From contig MGTZ01000036.1 in the NCBI GenBank assembly GCA_001799715.1, positions 54,226-118,225 on the forward strand: 64,000 nt of DNA, read 5' to 3'. Made by a program: the position numbers and the translations under genes. Source of the stretch: Elusimicrobia bacterium GWB2_63_16. Lineage in GTDB: Bacteria; Elusimicrobiota; Elusimicrobia; Elusimicrobiales; UBA9959. Under the pieces are notes generated by a model. It made no database searches. It saw only the letters and a program-made list of their open reading frames with translations, and was not told the origin of the DNA. Positions 10,001 to 25,000 of the stretch are shown here, one piece after another (position 1 is the first letter of the stretch; each line of letters opens with the position of its first letter).

Positions 10001-13000
10001 TCATGCGGTTCATAGTGGACGACACCCCGCCGGAGGTCGCGATCACCACGCCCACCGAACTCTCCCTCACCTCCAACACGGACATCTACGGTACCGCCAA
10101 TGCCGATATCTCCGGCTTCAGCAAGGCCCAGGTGCGCATTTCCACCGGCACCGGCGCGGCGATAAAATTCTGGAATGCCGGTTCTTCTTCCTGGGTTACC
10201 GAGCCCGAGACCTGGAACGATTCCATTAAACTGGGGCCTACCTCCTGGTACTACACGATCTCCCCCGCGCTGCTGGTGGAAAAGACCACCTACACCGTAA
10301 ACGCCCGCGCGCTGGACTACGCCGGCAACTACTCCGTGGTCTACTCTACCAGGGATTTCCTCAACCAGCGCCCGGTCAGCCGTGTGCTGGTCCCCGCCCT
10401 GCCGGCCTACAGGACGCTGCCGCAGCTTTCCGGAGAGGCGGAGGATAATACCGGAATAGCCGCCGTCGCCTTCACGATCTTCAACTACGACCAGAACAAG
10501 TGCTACGACCCGTCGCTGGCCCCGGACCCGTGGAAGACCGCGGGCTGCCTCTCCGACAACGACGCCGCCTGGGTGACGCCGCCCACCGAGTTCTGGGCCT
10601 CTTCCGCCTCGTGGACTTACGCTATCGCGGATTCCACCTGGACCAGCGGCGCCCATTACCGGGTGCGGACCAGGTCGAGGGACAAGGCCGGCAACTGGGA
10701 CGTCACGTACTCCACCAAAGAGTTCCAGTTCGATACCGAGATCCCCGTCTCGGGGGTCACCTACCCCGCCGACGGGGCGCACCTGCCCTTCTCCGCCAAG
10801 CCTATAACCATAACCGGCAACAGTTTCGACGGTTTCTCCGGGGTCAACGAGGTGAAACTCCATTTCAGGCGGTCCAACGGCGATTATTGGAACGGCATCG
10901 ACTGGCAGCCGGGCGCCGCCCCGCTGGACGCGATCGCGCCGTACGCCAACTGGAACCGGCCTATCGGCGATGCCGCGGCGGCCTATGTGGACGGCGAGCG
11001 TTATACTATAGAGACCTGGGCCGGGGACCTCGCCGGCAATACCGAGTCGCTCGCGCTGAAGTCCACGTTCGTATACGACATAACGCGGCCCACCAACGCC
11101 GTCTCCTACCCGTACAACAACGGCTACATCAGCCAGACCGGGCGGGTGACCGGCGACTCCTATGATAAACCCTATGGCGTGACCGCTGACGTAAAGGTGC
11201 GAGTCAAGCAGCTGACCGGGCCCAAGGCCGGCCATTACTGGCGCGTGGCCGACTCCAGCTGGACGGTGGAGAACGCCCCGGCGGTCTGGAACGGCGTCGC
11301 GACCTATGGCACGCTGAGCCCGGCCGCCACCTGGTGGCAGCTCAATACGTCGCCCTGGCAGACCGGCGAGACCTACGAAATCAACTCCTACGCCGTGGAC
11401 AAGGCCGGCAACACCGAGCTGGTCTATTCCACCGCCACCAATATCAAAGCCGACTTCACGGCTCCCAGTTCCACCGTCACGCTGCCGGGCGAGGGGCTCA
11501 CCTACGGCGAAGTCCCGCTCCCCCAGGTTAGCGGCACCGCCTTCGACGAGGCGCCCGGCGAGCTGAACAACGTCTTCCTGCAGTTCGGCTACACCCCCAC
11601 CGGAGAGGCCGGCGCCATCACCTGGACCTTCGACGGCACGGCCTGGCAGAACAACGACTCGACGTGGCTGCCGGTCTCCTCCGTCACGCTGGCAGGGGGG
11701 GACTGGAACTACGCCGTGCCCGACTCCATCTGGAACTGGAACAATTCCTGGTACGCCGTCAGGGCTTATTCCCGCGACAAGGCTAACAACACGGAGTCCG
11801 TGGTCTGGCGCAAGAATTTCAAGTACAGCGCCCCGTACCCGAATACCTGGATCAACGTTCCGGCCAATAACAACTATACCAACGCCAAGCCGCAGACGGT
11901 GTCCGGCGGCGCCACCAAATTCACGTATTCCAATCCGGCGGGCATCCGCCTTTCCGTGGAGCGCAAGAGCGACGGCTACTACTGGTACGGCAGCTCCTTC
12001 TCCGCCCCCGGTTACATCCAGGCGGCGCCGCGCGTCTATTTCAACGCCAGCGACGTCAGCGTGCTGGGCGACTCCAGCCTATATTGGGAATGGACCGCCA
12101 ACATTTCCACCGAAGCCTGGACGGACAATACCTCGTACTATTTCCTATCCAAGGGTTTCGGCACGGCTGGCGAGGAGCAGCCCGGCGACCTGGCCGGCAA
12201 CCTGGTTATATATGACATAACGCTGCCGAACTCCGTGGTGTCCGCGCCCGGCCCTAACATCTACCAGGTCCTGCCGCAGATCTCCGGCGGCGCCTCCGAC
12301 GCGGTCCCGGGTCTGCTCGAGAAGAACGATATCACCATACAGAACCTGGCCTATCCCGCCACGTACTGGAACCCCGTGCTCACGGCCTGGCAGGAGGGGA
12401 TAGTCTGGGCCACCACAACGCTGACCGGCGGCGCCTGGTCGCTCGGCACCGGCCTGCCCGTCTGGGCCGACGGCGCTTCTTACCGCGTAACGGCCAGGGC
12501 CACCGACAGGGCAACCAACGCCCAGACCGGCTCCGCCGTAGATTTTCTGGTAGACCGGACCACGCCCACCGCCAGGATCACCGATTTCACCGCCGTAAAT
12601 TCCACCGTGGCGGCCGCGAGCGGCCAGGTCCGCTCCTCGCTGGACTCCATCATCGGTACGGCCTGGGACGTGGCCGGCCCCGGCGGCGGCGCCGGTAAAC
12701 TGGACAAGGTGCTGGTGCATATCAAACGCCCCGCTCAGGGCTTAGACTTGCTGCGCTACTGGCGCTGGAATTCCGTGCCTCCCGCCTGGGATGCCTCCGA
12801 GGGTGAGGAGAACGACATCTACTGGGGCACCTCCACGATCCACGTTCCCGGAGTAACTGTCTCGTCCTGGACGCACCCGGTCATGCCCCCGCCGGCCGCC
12901 TTCACCCACGGGTACTCGTACATACTCCGCGCCAAGGCCCGCGACACCTCGCTGCCAGCCGGCAACACGCAACAGATCTTCACGCTGGGAGAGTCCTCGT

Positions 13001-16000
13001 TCACCTTCGTCTGGGACTCCCAGGCCCCGGCCGCCGCGGTCACCGGCTTCGAGGACTCCGACGGCAACGGCAGGGTGAACCCCGCCGGCGCCCTGGTCAT
13101 CACCGGCAGCGCCTCCGACGTGCCCGCCGGCGTCTCCGGCGTCGGCAACATCAAGCTTCAGATAGGCAGGCTGGAGGGTGCGACCACCTGGTACTGGACC
13201 GGCCTGGCCTGGTCGGAGACGCCCTCCGAGTTCGGCCCGGACGCTTTCACGCCCCCGAACTGGGACTACACGCTGGCGGCCGCGAATATCGTTTCCGACC
13301 AGAAGTATATGCTGAAGGTGCGCGGCATCGACAACGCCAACCCGCCCAACTCCGGTTCTTTCGGCGCGTCCTCGGACGTCATCATAGACACCACGCCGCC
13401 GTCCGTGCTGATAACCACCCCGGCGGCCTCCGTAGTGGCGCAGCGGGCCGCGTTCACCGTCTACGGCACCGCCAACGCGGACCTGGCCGGACAGGACCAG
13501 ACCTACGTTCGCATTTCCACCGGCGCCGGTATAAACCTGAAGTACTGGACGGGCTCCGTCTGGACCGGCGACGTTAATGACCCGGCTATCTGGATACAGT
13601 CAGTAAAGCAGGGGCCGACCTCCTGGTATTACGCCATACCGCCAGCTATCCTGTCCTCCGACAGGGGCTATGTCGTCTCCGCCAGAACCCTGGACTACGC
13701 CGGCAATTACTCCGCGCTGTATTCCACCTACGCTTTCACCTACGACAGCGTGCCGCCCTACGCCGCGGTCTCGTTCCCTGTCGACGCCGAGACTTATTCC
13801 CGCGTGAAGCTGTCCACTCCCATAGCCGGCTCGTCCAATCAGAACGACCAGGTCGAGGCCTACTCCCAGGTAACTGCGGTGCTGGTGCAGATAAGCAGCG
13901 GTACGCTCTGCTTCGACGGCGCGGTCTTCGGCGCCTGTCCGAACTGGCTGCCCACCTCCGGCTCGCCGGCCGCCTGGAGCTACAACGACGCGGACCTGGA
14001 CTTCACCGGCAATATGCAGTACGTCGTGAAGGCCAAGGCGCTGGACTATGCCGGCAACGAATCTGTCCAGGCCCAGGCGACCATCAAATTCGACGTGAAC
14101 AGGCCGACCTCCACGCTCACCTACCCGCTGACCGGTTTTACCACCGGTTTCTCCTACATAGCCGGCACCGCGGCCGACGCGGCCGATACGTACAAAGCCG
14201 ACCTCGGAACCTATTCCGTGCGGGTGGCCTTCAAGCGCGTCAGCGGCCCCGGTACCGACTATGGCTGGTGGAACGGCACCGATTTCTCCGCGCTCAACAC
14301 CGACCCGACCTGGTTCGAGGCCGCCCTGAACACTTCGGACGGAAAATTCACCTACGCCCTGCCGGCCCTTCTCAAGACTTATCTGGAGAATCCGGTCAAG
14401 CAGAACTCTGTCTACCGCATAGTGCCCTGGTCCTATGACCTGGCGCTGAACCCGGAATACGGCCCGGCGCCGGGCCTGCCCCAGAGCGCGCATATACCGG
14501 CGGGCGTCGGCCTGGTAGTCAACTTCGATAACGAGAAGCCCGTCAGCGTCATTACGCTGCCGTCCCAGCCCGCTTACAACTCCCTGCCCGTCATCGGCGG
14601 CACCTCGAAGGACAATATAGCCATCGCCGAGACCAGGATAACGGTGTACCTGGTCGACACTGACCGGTATTACGACCCTTCGCTCCCCGGGGCCTGGTCG
14701 CCCACCGGCCAGAACGAGAACCTGGCGCCGTGGCTGCCGGTACAGGAGACCATCCACACCGATTCCTCCACCTGGACCTACGACATACAGAATTCCTCCT
14801 GGAGCAGCGGCTTCACGTACCGGATACGCGCCAAGTCCCGCGACACCGCCGGCAACTGGGACAACGTCTATTCCACCGCGTCCTTCGTTTACGATACCCA
14901 GGCCCCCGTCTCTTCCGTGACCTTCCCTTCCAACGGCCTGCATGTGAATTACTTCCCCGGGAGCCTTACCGGCACCGCCGTCGATACCGGCGCCTCGGGG
15001 GTGAACCAGGTGTCGGTCTATTTCCAGCGCCAGACCGACGGCTGGTACTGGAACGGCGCCGGCTGGGAACTGAACCCTACCGCTTTCAACGCCACGCCGC
15101 CGTGGAACGGCTGGACCAGGGCCATCTCCAACACCATGTTCACGGACAACGACGGCGAGCTCTTTCACGTCTGGACCAACGCCCGCGACGCCGCCACGAA
15201 TTCCGAGGGCTACGTGCGCAGGGCGTCCTTCGTCTACGACGTAACGCGCCCCACCGCGGCCATCTTTTACCCGTACGACAACGGCTACATCAGCCAGACC
15301 GGCAAGGTGACCGGCGGTTCCTACGACAGGCCTGCCGGCATCGTCAGCGACCTTAAGGTGCGCATCCTGCAGACCGGCGGGCCCAACGCCGGCAAGTACT
15401 GGAGCGTGGCGGGCTCCTCGTGGGCCGTAGGCGCCATAGAGAACAGCGTGCTGGCCTACGGCGCGCTGAGCCCGGCCGCCACCTGGTGGCAGCTGAACAC
15501 CGCGCCGTGGCAGAGCGGCGAGACCTACGAGGTCAACGCCTGGGCCGTGGACAAGGCGGGGAACTACCAGCTGGCGTACGCCACCGCCGCCGCAGTCAAG
15601 GCCGACTTCACCAGCCCGGTTTCCACCATCACCTACCCGCAGCATGGCGTGGACGTGACGGTGGAGCTTACCGCCATACAAGGGTCCGCCTCCGATTCGG
15701 CCCCGGGCACGCTGGACAAGGTGCAGCTCTCTTACTTCAAGTGCAACAGCGATACCTGCGTGGACGGCTTCTACTGGAACCGCGCGGCGATGGCCTGGAA
15801 CTCGGCCTCGGAGCTCTTCTACGACGCGGCCATAACCGGCGACACCTGGCAGGCGACAGGCGCCTCCACCCCTACCTGGGTCTACCACACCGACGGCCTG
15901 CACTACAAGGTCTTCGCGAAAGCCGTGGACCAGGCCGCCAACGAGGTGGCCAAGCCCGGCGCCGCGCAGTCGGCTTCGCCGCTGATACAGTTCAAACTGT

Positions 16001-19000
16001 TCCCGCCGCCGCCGGTCTCGCGCGTGAACACCCCGCCCGCCGGCGTGCCGCATTACAGGCTGGACAATATCCCGGCCATAGCCGGTACGGCCGTATACGC
16101 CACCACGGTAGCGCTGCGCATAACCGATTACGGCCCGGACCTCAAGGAGATGGAGGGCAACGACAACCTGGCCTGGAACGGCGCGGCCTGGGTTTCCACC
16201 AACGCCTTCACCGGGTATGCCGGCGTGGACACCTTCCCGATGCCCGGCTGGACGATGACCCTGCCGTCCTGGAACGGCAACCGCCGCTACCGCATCGTTT
16301 CCAAGGCTACACAGGAGGGCTACGGGCTGCCCGAGGTCCCGAGTTCGGAACGGGAGATGATCATAGACGCCGCGGCGCCCACCGCCGGCGTTACGGTGCC
16401 GGACAAGGTCTACCTGCGCGCGCTGGCCACGCTCTCCGGCACGGTGGCCGATACGGCTCCCGGCAGCGTGATTTCGGCCTATTTCCGGGTGAAGCGCCAG
16501 ACGGCCGAGGAGTACTGGAACTGGCAGGCCTCCACGTTCACCGCCGACGCCGGCCAGTATACCCGCCTGACGGCGGCGCTGAACTGGAACGACGAACTGA
16601 AGACCGGCCTGGTCAGCTACACCACCGATTATTTCGCCTCCGGGGCCGCCTTCGAGCCCGGCCACACCTACCTGGCCGAGCTGACGGCCTCCGATAAGGC
16701 CGGCAACAGCGGGTCGGCGGCGGCCTTCCAGTTCACCATAGACGTGGCCTCGCCTACCGCCCGCGTTCTGGTGCCCACCGACCCCAACAGCAGCGGCGTG
16801 CGCCAGATGCTTTCCATCTCCGGCACCGCGACCGACGATTTCGCCAATTCCGACGTTTACATCGCGGTGCAGCAGCTCGCCAGCCCGCCGTACTGGTACG
16901 ACGGCAATACGTTCAGCGGCGGCGGAGCCAGCCCGCTCTGGATAGCGCTGAAGGGCAACACCAGCGCCTACCTCTCCTCCAACGCCACCTACTGGGCCTA
17001 CGCCCCGGCCGGCCTGGACAACCGCTTTACCGCCGGGACCAGCGGACTCAGCTACCTGGTGCTGGCCAAGGCGCGCGACGTGGGCACCAATGAGCAGGAG
17101 ACTTTCGCCGTCGGGATTTCGTCGCTGGTGATCAAGATAGACAAGGCGCCGCCCTCCTCCCTCTTCACGTTGCCGGCGGACGACCTGGACGGGGTCAGCG
17201 GCAGGTATAATTCCGCCAACATAGGCCAGTCCGCCACCAATACCCGGCTTTACGGCGCGGCGACCGACAGCTTTTACAGCGTCAACAACGCCGGAGTGGC
17301 CTATGGCCTGATGCGGCTATCCTACCTGGCGGGCGCTACCACCTGGTACTGGGACCCGCCCGCTTTCACCACCGCGGTTTCTTCCGAGGCGGCCTGGCAG
17401 CCGGTTTCCGTCTCCTACGTGGGGCCTGGCTGGAGCTGGGCCTATCTGCAGGACGTCGCCTGGCCGGCGGGGGACCGCGAGTATAAGGCCGAGGTAAAGA
17501 GCATGGACGACGCCCTGCCGGCCGCCGGCTCCGGCGACGGCAACTGGGAAGACCCGCAGACGCGCGGAGCCAACGTGCGGTATTTCGTAATAGACGATAC
17601 CCCGCCGTCGGTGCTGATCACCACCCCGACCGCGTACGCCGTGCGCCACCTGCCCGGCGTTGGCGGCACCGCGGCGGCCGATATTTCCGGCTTCAGCCGC
17701 GCCGAGCTGCGCATCTCCACCGGCACCGGCGGCGCCGAGCGCTGGTGGAACGACGACACCGGCGAGTGGCAGGCCACGGCCAAGTGGATCACCGCCACCA
17801 CCCGCCTCGGAGACACTTCCTGGTATTACACGATACCGCCCGCGATGCTGCGCGACGACGCGGCCTACACAGTGGTGGCGCGGGCGCTGGATTACGCCGG
17901 CAACTATTCCTCCGCCTACTCCACGTATACGGTAACGTATGACATAACGGGCCCGCTGGTCTCGTTGTCCCATCCGCTCAACGCCGTCACTTATTCCAGC
18001 GTGCTCAAGTCCACGCCCATGGCCGGCACCGGTTCCAATAATCAGACAGCGGCGTATACGGGCCCCAGCACCGCCGCGGTGGCCATAACGGACCTGGACG
18101 CCTTGCAGTGTTTTGACGGCGCCTCTTTCACCGGCTGCGCCGCCTCGCTTTGGCTGCCCGCGCAGGGCACGGCGGACAACTGGAGTTTCAACGACGCGGA
18201 GCTGGTCTTCGTCAGCGACCACCGCTACAAGTACGAGGCCCGCACCTCCGACCCCGCGGGGAATAATTCCGCCGTAGTTTCCGTGACCACCAGGTTCGAC
18301 CTGGACAGGCCCACTTCCACCGTGCTCGCCCCGGCCGCCGAATTCGTGAACGCGCTGACCTCCGTCTCCGGCGACGCCAACGACGAGCGCTTCGGCCCGA
18401 GGGTCTACGAGGCCGGCCTCGGCACCTACACCGTCAAAGTGGCCGTCCGCCTGGTGGGCGGCGATTGGTGGAGCGGTTCGGCTTTCGACCAGCCGGCGCC
18501 GGCCTGGTTCGAGACCTCGGTGGACACCTCGCCCTACAGCATCGGCAAGTCCACCGTGGCCTGGGCTTACGTGCTGCCGGCCGGCCTGCAGACGGCTATC
18601 GTCACGAACAGGCGCCAGGACTACCGCTTCGTCACCTATGCCTACGATCTGGCCCTGAATAAGGAATTCGGCCCCCTCTCCGGAGAGCCGCTGGGCGCCG
18701 ACATCCCCGCAGAAGCCGGCAGGATAGTGCAGTTCGACAACGAAGTGCCGGTGGCCGTGGCCACCTTCCCGGTCAACACTTTCGCCTACTACAGCGCCCC
18801 TTACGTTTACGGCGTGGTCACCGACACCGGCACCATCGAGGGCGTCAAGGTGCTGGTCAAGGCCCGCGGTAATTATAACGCGGTCTGGAAAGGCACCTTC
18901 GCCAACGAGATCGGCGACTGGGACACCAGCCCCGTTACCAAGTACGACCTCTGGCACGACGCCGTGTACGCTAACGGCGCCTGGCGCATACAGCTGCCTT

Positions 19001-22000
19001 CCCTTTCCCCGGTGAACAACTCCAAGATCTCGGTCTGGGCCCGCGGCTACGACCGGGCCGGCAACTGGCAGGCCCTGCCCACCAACGTGCAGATAGACAA
19101 CAATCTGAAGGCGGACGGCACGGCCGCCTACTACTTCACCTTCGACAATACCACCCCGCTTACGGACGTTACCGCGCCCGACAATTACGCCGTAGCCGCC
19201 GCCACCGGCATGCTGCGCGGCACCGCCTACGACCCCGTCACCGGCGGCGAACCCAGCGGCGTGAACACCGTGAAGATCCGCATGAGCCGCTCGGACGGCC
19301 TGTACTGGGACTACTTCGGCGGCGCGTGGGGGGCCGCCAGCGGCTACCACGACGTGGAGACCCTGGTCGCCGGGGACTGGACCAAGAGCCTGCCGGTTTC
19401 CTCGCAGGGCGACGGTTACCAGTACTACATCAACCAGTACGCGGTCGACCGCGCGCTGAACAACCAGTCCGGAGCTTACGTCTCCACCTTCACGTTCCTC
19501 GTTGACCTGTCCACGCCGGCCTCCAAGATCACCTTCCCGGCCCACAACAGCTTCATCGGCGCCGTGCCGGCCATCACCGGCACCGCCGACGATTCCGTCG
19601 AGAACCTGAAAGGCTGGGTTTTCCCGCAGAATTACGAGGTCGGCATCAGCACCTATAACACAGCCGTGGAACTGGCCATGCAGCGCCTGACCGACGGCCT
19701 GTGGTGGGACGGCGCCAACTTCACCCAGGCTTCCCGCCAGTGGAAGACGGCCGCTTTCACCGGCGCCTCGTCCGGCACCTGGACCTACAGCCTCCCCGCC
19801 GGGGCCATAGCCGACGGCACGACCTATTACGCGATGAGCAGGGTGCGGGATATCCTCAGTCACCTGGAGACGCAGTACACCACCACCTACTTCACCGGCG
19901 ACACCACGCCCCCCGTCTCCAAGGCGGCCTTCCCCAGCGGCGAGATCGGCGGCGTGCCCTCCATTTCCGGCACGGCTTTCGATGCCCCTCCCGGCGAACT
20001 GCTGACTTCCGGCGTGGTGTGCGTATCCATGAAGCAGGTCACCGGGCCCGGCAGCCCCAGGTGCTTCGACGGCGGCCCGACCCCGACCGGCTGCCCCGGC
20101 ACGCCCGGCCTCGGCAGCAACGATTTCGTGGCCTGCCCCGGCGGCGTATACCCGAATAACCGCATCTGGTTCGCCACCGCCACGCTGGCCGTGAACGCGG
20201 ACCCGTCTCAGGTCAGCACCTGGACCTGGAACACCTCCGGGATAAGCTGGACCAACGAGAGCCAGTACAATGTCATCGCGCTGGCCAAGGACAAGGGCGG
20301 CAACCAGCGGCCCGCCGGCGCGCTGGAGACGGCCGACACCAGCTTCCTGCTCAAGACACCCCAGGCCGACGCCTCCATCGACACGCCGATGGGCCCCGAC
20401 GACAGGAACTACCGCGCCTCGGACATGCTTAATATAGTCGGCAGCGGCTCCAACCTGAGGGCCGTGGACAGCGTACAGATCAGGCTGCAGCGCCTGATGC
20501 ATCCCACCAGCTGGTGGTACGAGCCGACGCTCTCCTGGGTGGACCATGATACCTACACCTGGTACAGCAGCGCCGACGGCTCCTGGGTACAGGCCATTGA
20601 CGGCCCTTCGGCCTTCACCGTGGACAACGCCTCCTACACGGTCACCGTTACGGCCTACAACTCTTCTAATGAGCCCGACCCCTCGCCGGCGGTGCGCCGG
20701 ACGGTGATAGACAATACCAAGCCGGTAGGCTTCGTGCAGGTCCCCAACAGGGCCTACGTCAACGCCATGCCAGCCATCTCTGGCACCGCTACCGACCCCG
20801 GCAATATCACTCTGTATCCGCTGCAGAAGGACTCTGGCGGCAATGTCTACATACGCATAAAAGACCTCGAGAACGGCTACTACTGGACCGGCTCCAGTTT
20901 CTCCGTCAACGCCTCCAATATCGAGACTGAATACGTGCCGGCCACGGTCGTGGCCTGGTCTACGGCCACGGCCGTCAACGCCGCCCTGCAGGACGGGCGC
21001 CGCTACCGCGTGCTGCTGCTGCCCAAGGACAAGGCCGGGAATATAGAGAGCAACGAGAGCATTATGGCCGCCTACCAGGTGCTCTTCGACACGTCGCCCC
21101 CGGCGGCCTCCTTCGCGTACCCCGGCGACAGGCAGGTGCTGCGCAACCTCGCCTCTATCACGGGCACCGCCTATGACCCGATAGGCGTCTACTCGCCCAA
21201 CTACAAGTCCGACCTGCGCGTGGTCGAACTGCAGATCTACGACGAACAGGCCGACAAGCGCTGGGAGAACGGTTCAGGCGGTTTCGGCATCTCCGCCTCC
21301 AGTTTTAACGTGGTTTCCGGTACCGATACCTGGAGTTACACGCACGCCAACCTGGAGACCGCGCTGGCCTCCGGCAAGTATTACGTGGTCCAGGTCAGGG
21401 CCGCCGACTTCGCCGATAACACGCAGCCGGGTTTCACGAACGTGGTCTCCTCGCGCGCATTCATCTGGGACAGGACCCCTCCCACCTCGGCCATCGCGCA
21501 GCCGATCAACCTCGGCAAGTACAAACCGGCCGGCCTGACCGGCAGCAGCGCCTTCAACGGCAGCGCGGCCGACGCGGCGCTGCCTTTCGTCGGCATGCTG
21601 CTCAGCACGACGCAGGTGCACCTGAGCTATCTGGAGGGCGCCACCACCTATTACTGGACCGGCTCCGCCTTCAGTTCCTGGACCGTCACTTTCGACGGGG
21701 CCTGGCAGACGGCCGTGGGCAGCGATACCTGGCGCTATCCTTTCGACGGCGCGAACTGGGTGTCGGACAGGAACTACACGCTGCGCGTCCGCGCCTTCGA
21801 CAAGGCCGAGCCGATGGGGGTGAACGGCGGCAACGAGCAGAACCCCTGGACCGTCCACTCCTTCATCGTGGACGGCACCCCGCCCGTTTCCAGGGTCTCC
21901 ACCCCTACCGCCGGCAGCTATATACAGAATTCGCTGGCGCAGATCTCCGGCACCAGCTACGGCGGCGTTTCCGGCCTGGCCGCCGCGCCCGCCGGCCTGC

Positions 22001-25000
22001 GGGTCAGGATCTCTCATGTCTGGGCCGGCGACACCTATTACTGGAACGGCACCGCGGCGCTGGGCTGGAGCTCGGGCACCGTGGTCGACCTGCCGGTGGC
22101 TTATACGGCCTCGGCTTCCACTATAAACTGGAGCTACCCGCCCGCCACCTACGACCCGCCGAGCGTTTCCACGGACAACCACGTGTATTCGATAGCCGTC
22201 GCGGGCCTGGATAATGCCGGCAACCAGGAGACCTACGCCTCCGTCAGTGTCACGTCCGACTTCAGTTATCCGACCATAAGCATCTCCACGCCCATGGCCG
22301 CCGTGAACGCCTTCTACGGCGGAGACAGGCCTACGGGCCAACTGTTGGGCAGCTACACGGACGCGCCGGCCGGGGTGTTGCTGCCCATACGGACGCAGAT
22401 CTCCAACCTCTCGGAGAGCGGGGCCGTGAAACCCAAGTGGGACGGGGCCGCCTGGCAGGTGGTCGCCTCCACCTGGCTGGCCGTGACCGACTCCGATCCC
22501 TCGTGGTCCTATGCGCCGCCGGCCTGGCCGGTCAATAAGCGCTTCCGCGTCGAGCTTTCCGCCGCCGACAACGCCGGGAACCAGACACCGGACGGGGCCT
22601 TCGTGCGGGAATTCATCTACGACGTCAACAAGCCGTCCACGACTATCGCTTATCCGTCCTCGGCGTTCCAGAACGCCGCGCAGGCCGGGGTTTTCTCAGG
22701 CTCGGCCTTGGACTGGCTGGTCTACCCCGCCACCGAGGCCATGAGCGGTCTTTCCCCGGCCGGGATAGAGGTGCAGGTGGCCGACCCCTCCGGCAACACT
22801 TTCAACGGCACCGGCTTCGCTTCCGGCTCCTTCTGGCGCCCCGCCCTGGTCACGCCTTCGGCGGAGGTCACGGACGCCGTGCTGGGCGTAAACATCATCT
22901 CGGCCGCCAACTGGGCCTACCCGTCCGGTGCCGACCTGTGGCCGCCCGCCCTGGTGCAGGGTTCCACTTATACGGTACGTGTTCGCTCGCTGGACCGCTC
23001 GCTCAATCTGGAGAGCTACCAGCAGAGGGCTTTCTGCTACGACGCCTCGGCCCCCACGGCCACGATCACGCTGCCCGGCAACTTCGCCTACACCGCCCTG
23101 CCGGTTATCTCCGGCACTTTCCTCGAAGAGTACAGCAATATGAACCCCGGAGACGGCGTCCAGGTCGTCATCCAGAGCGATTCGCTGCTGGAGTACTGGA
23201 ACGGCTCCGGCTGGGACGCGGTCTGGAACGCCGCCACCCACTGGCGCAACGCCACTACCGTTGGCGGGGGGGTCTGGAGCCTGGCCGACGCCGCGCTGAA
23301 CGCCGAGTTCGAGAGCCTCAAGGCTTCCAACGCCTCGCTCAAGTACCGCCTCTATCTGCGCGCCAAGGACCTGGCCGGCAACCAGTCGCGGCCCGGGACC
23401 TCCGCCCCGGCCAACCCAGAAGTGGTCTTCACGCTGGACCCTGTTATACCCGTTTCCCAGGTGACCAGCCCGGCGGACGGTGCCAACCTCAGTGCGACTA
23501 TCTCATCTATCGGCGGCACCGCGTCCGACGCCAGCCTGGGCGTGCCTTCGGACCTGGCGCAGGTCAAGATACGCCTCTCGCGCCTCAACGGCTCCGCTAC
23601 CCGCGGTTATTACGACTGGGGCCTGAATACCTGGACCAGCGCCGAGGGCGTCTGGGTTTTCCGCGCCGTGGACGGGGCGCTCAACCCCTGGACGAAGTCC
23701 GTGCCCTCTTCCGCCTTCACAGGCGCCAATAACGGCGACGGCTACCGCTTCGAGGTGCAGTCCGAGGCCCGCGACAATACGCAGCCGGTCAACGGCGGTC
23801 CCAACACCGAGGTGCTGTACGCCACCTCCACTTTCCTGATCGACTACAGCACGCCTACCGCCTCCATACAGCAGCCGGCGCACGCTTCCTTCCTGCGCTC
23901 GCTGTCCCTGCTGTCCGGCCTGGCCGCGGACCCGGTGGTGGGCGGCGGCATACCTGCCGGGCTGAATACCGTGGAGTACGAGCTCGCCGACACCGACCTG
24001 GTTCCGAACAAGTACTGGAATTTCAATACCCGCCAGTGGCAGGCCAGCTACGTGTCCAGTGTTACCGCCGCTTCCGCCAACTGGTCCAACGCCGCGCTGC
24101 CGTACAATAACCCGGCCGGGGCCGATACCTGGGCCGTCGGCCGCTCCAGCGCCACCTTCGTGCTGAAGGTGAAGGTCTCGGACCGCGCCGGCAACTACTC
24201 GGCGTTCTCCGTGAACCAGTCCACTTTCACGCTGGACCTGCTGCCGCCAGATTCCCTGATCTCCTCGCCGCCCGCGGAGAACGGCTTCTATCTCGAAGTC
24301 AGCAGTATTACCGGCACCGCCTACGACTACAACGCCGGCATAGCCGCCGTGCAGCTGCGCGTGCAGCAGGACATCTCGCAGGCTCCGGAGAATACCTGCT
24401 CCGACACCGGCAACAACGGCTATTACTGGAACGGCGCCGGCTGGCAGAACGGGGAGTTCTGGCTGTCCGGCATCCCGTACAACTCCGGCGACAATTCCTG
24501 GAACTTCGACGCTTCCGGCGTGGTCTTCAGGGCCTACTGCTACTACGTGCTGAAGTCCAGCGCGTCCGATAATGTGGCCAACGGCGAAGCTACCTGGGGC
24601 TCGCGCCGCTTCCGCTTCATGCCGCCGCCCGCGGGCACGCGCGTGCTGGTGCCGGATAATCTGAAATACTACAAGAGCCTCACCCAGGTCAGCGGTACCG
24701 CCAACGCGGACACCAAGCGCCTGGGCCTCGAGGTCCGCCGCCTGACCGACAACTGGTACTGGAATTTCGGCAACTCCTCCTGGCAGGTCGGCCTGTCGAG
24801 CGTCTCCATAACGCCCGCCGGCGGGACCTGGAGCCTGGGCGCCTCGCTGCCGCCGCTGGTCAGCGGCTCCTCCTACACTTTCCGCTCCGTGGGTATCAGC
24901 TATTCCGACATCTACGAACTGGGCCCGGTGGTGAATCTGGTCTTCTTCGATACGGAAAAGCCTTCGGCCGGCGTGCTGCTGCCGGCGGCCGCGCAGGCTT

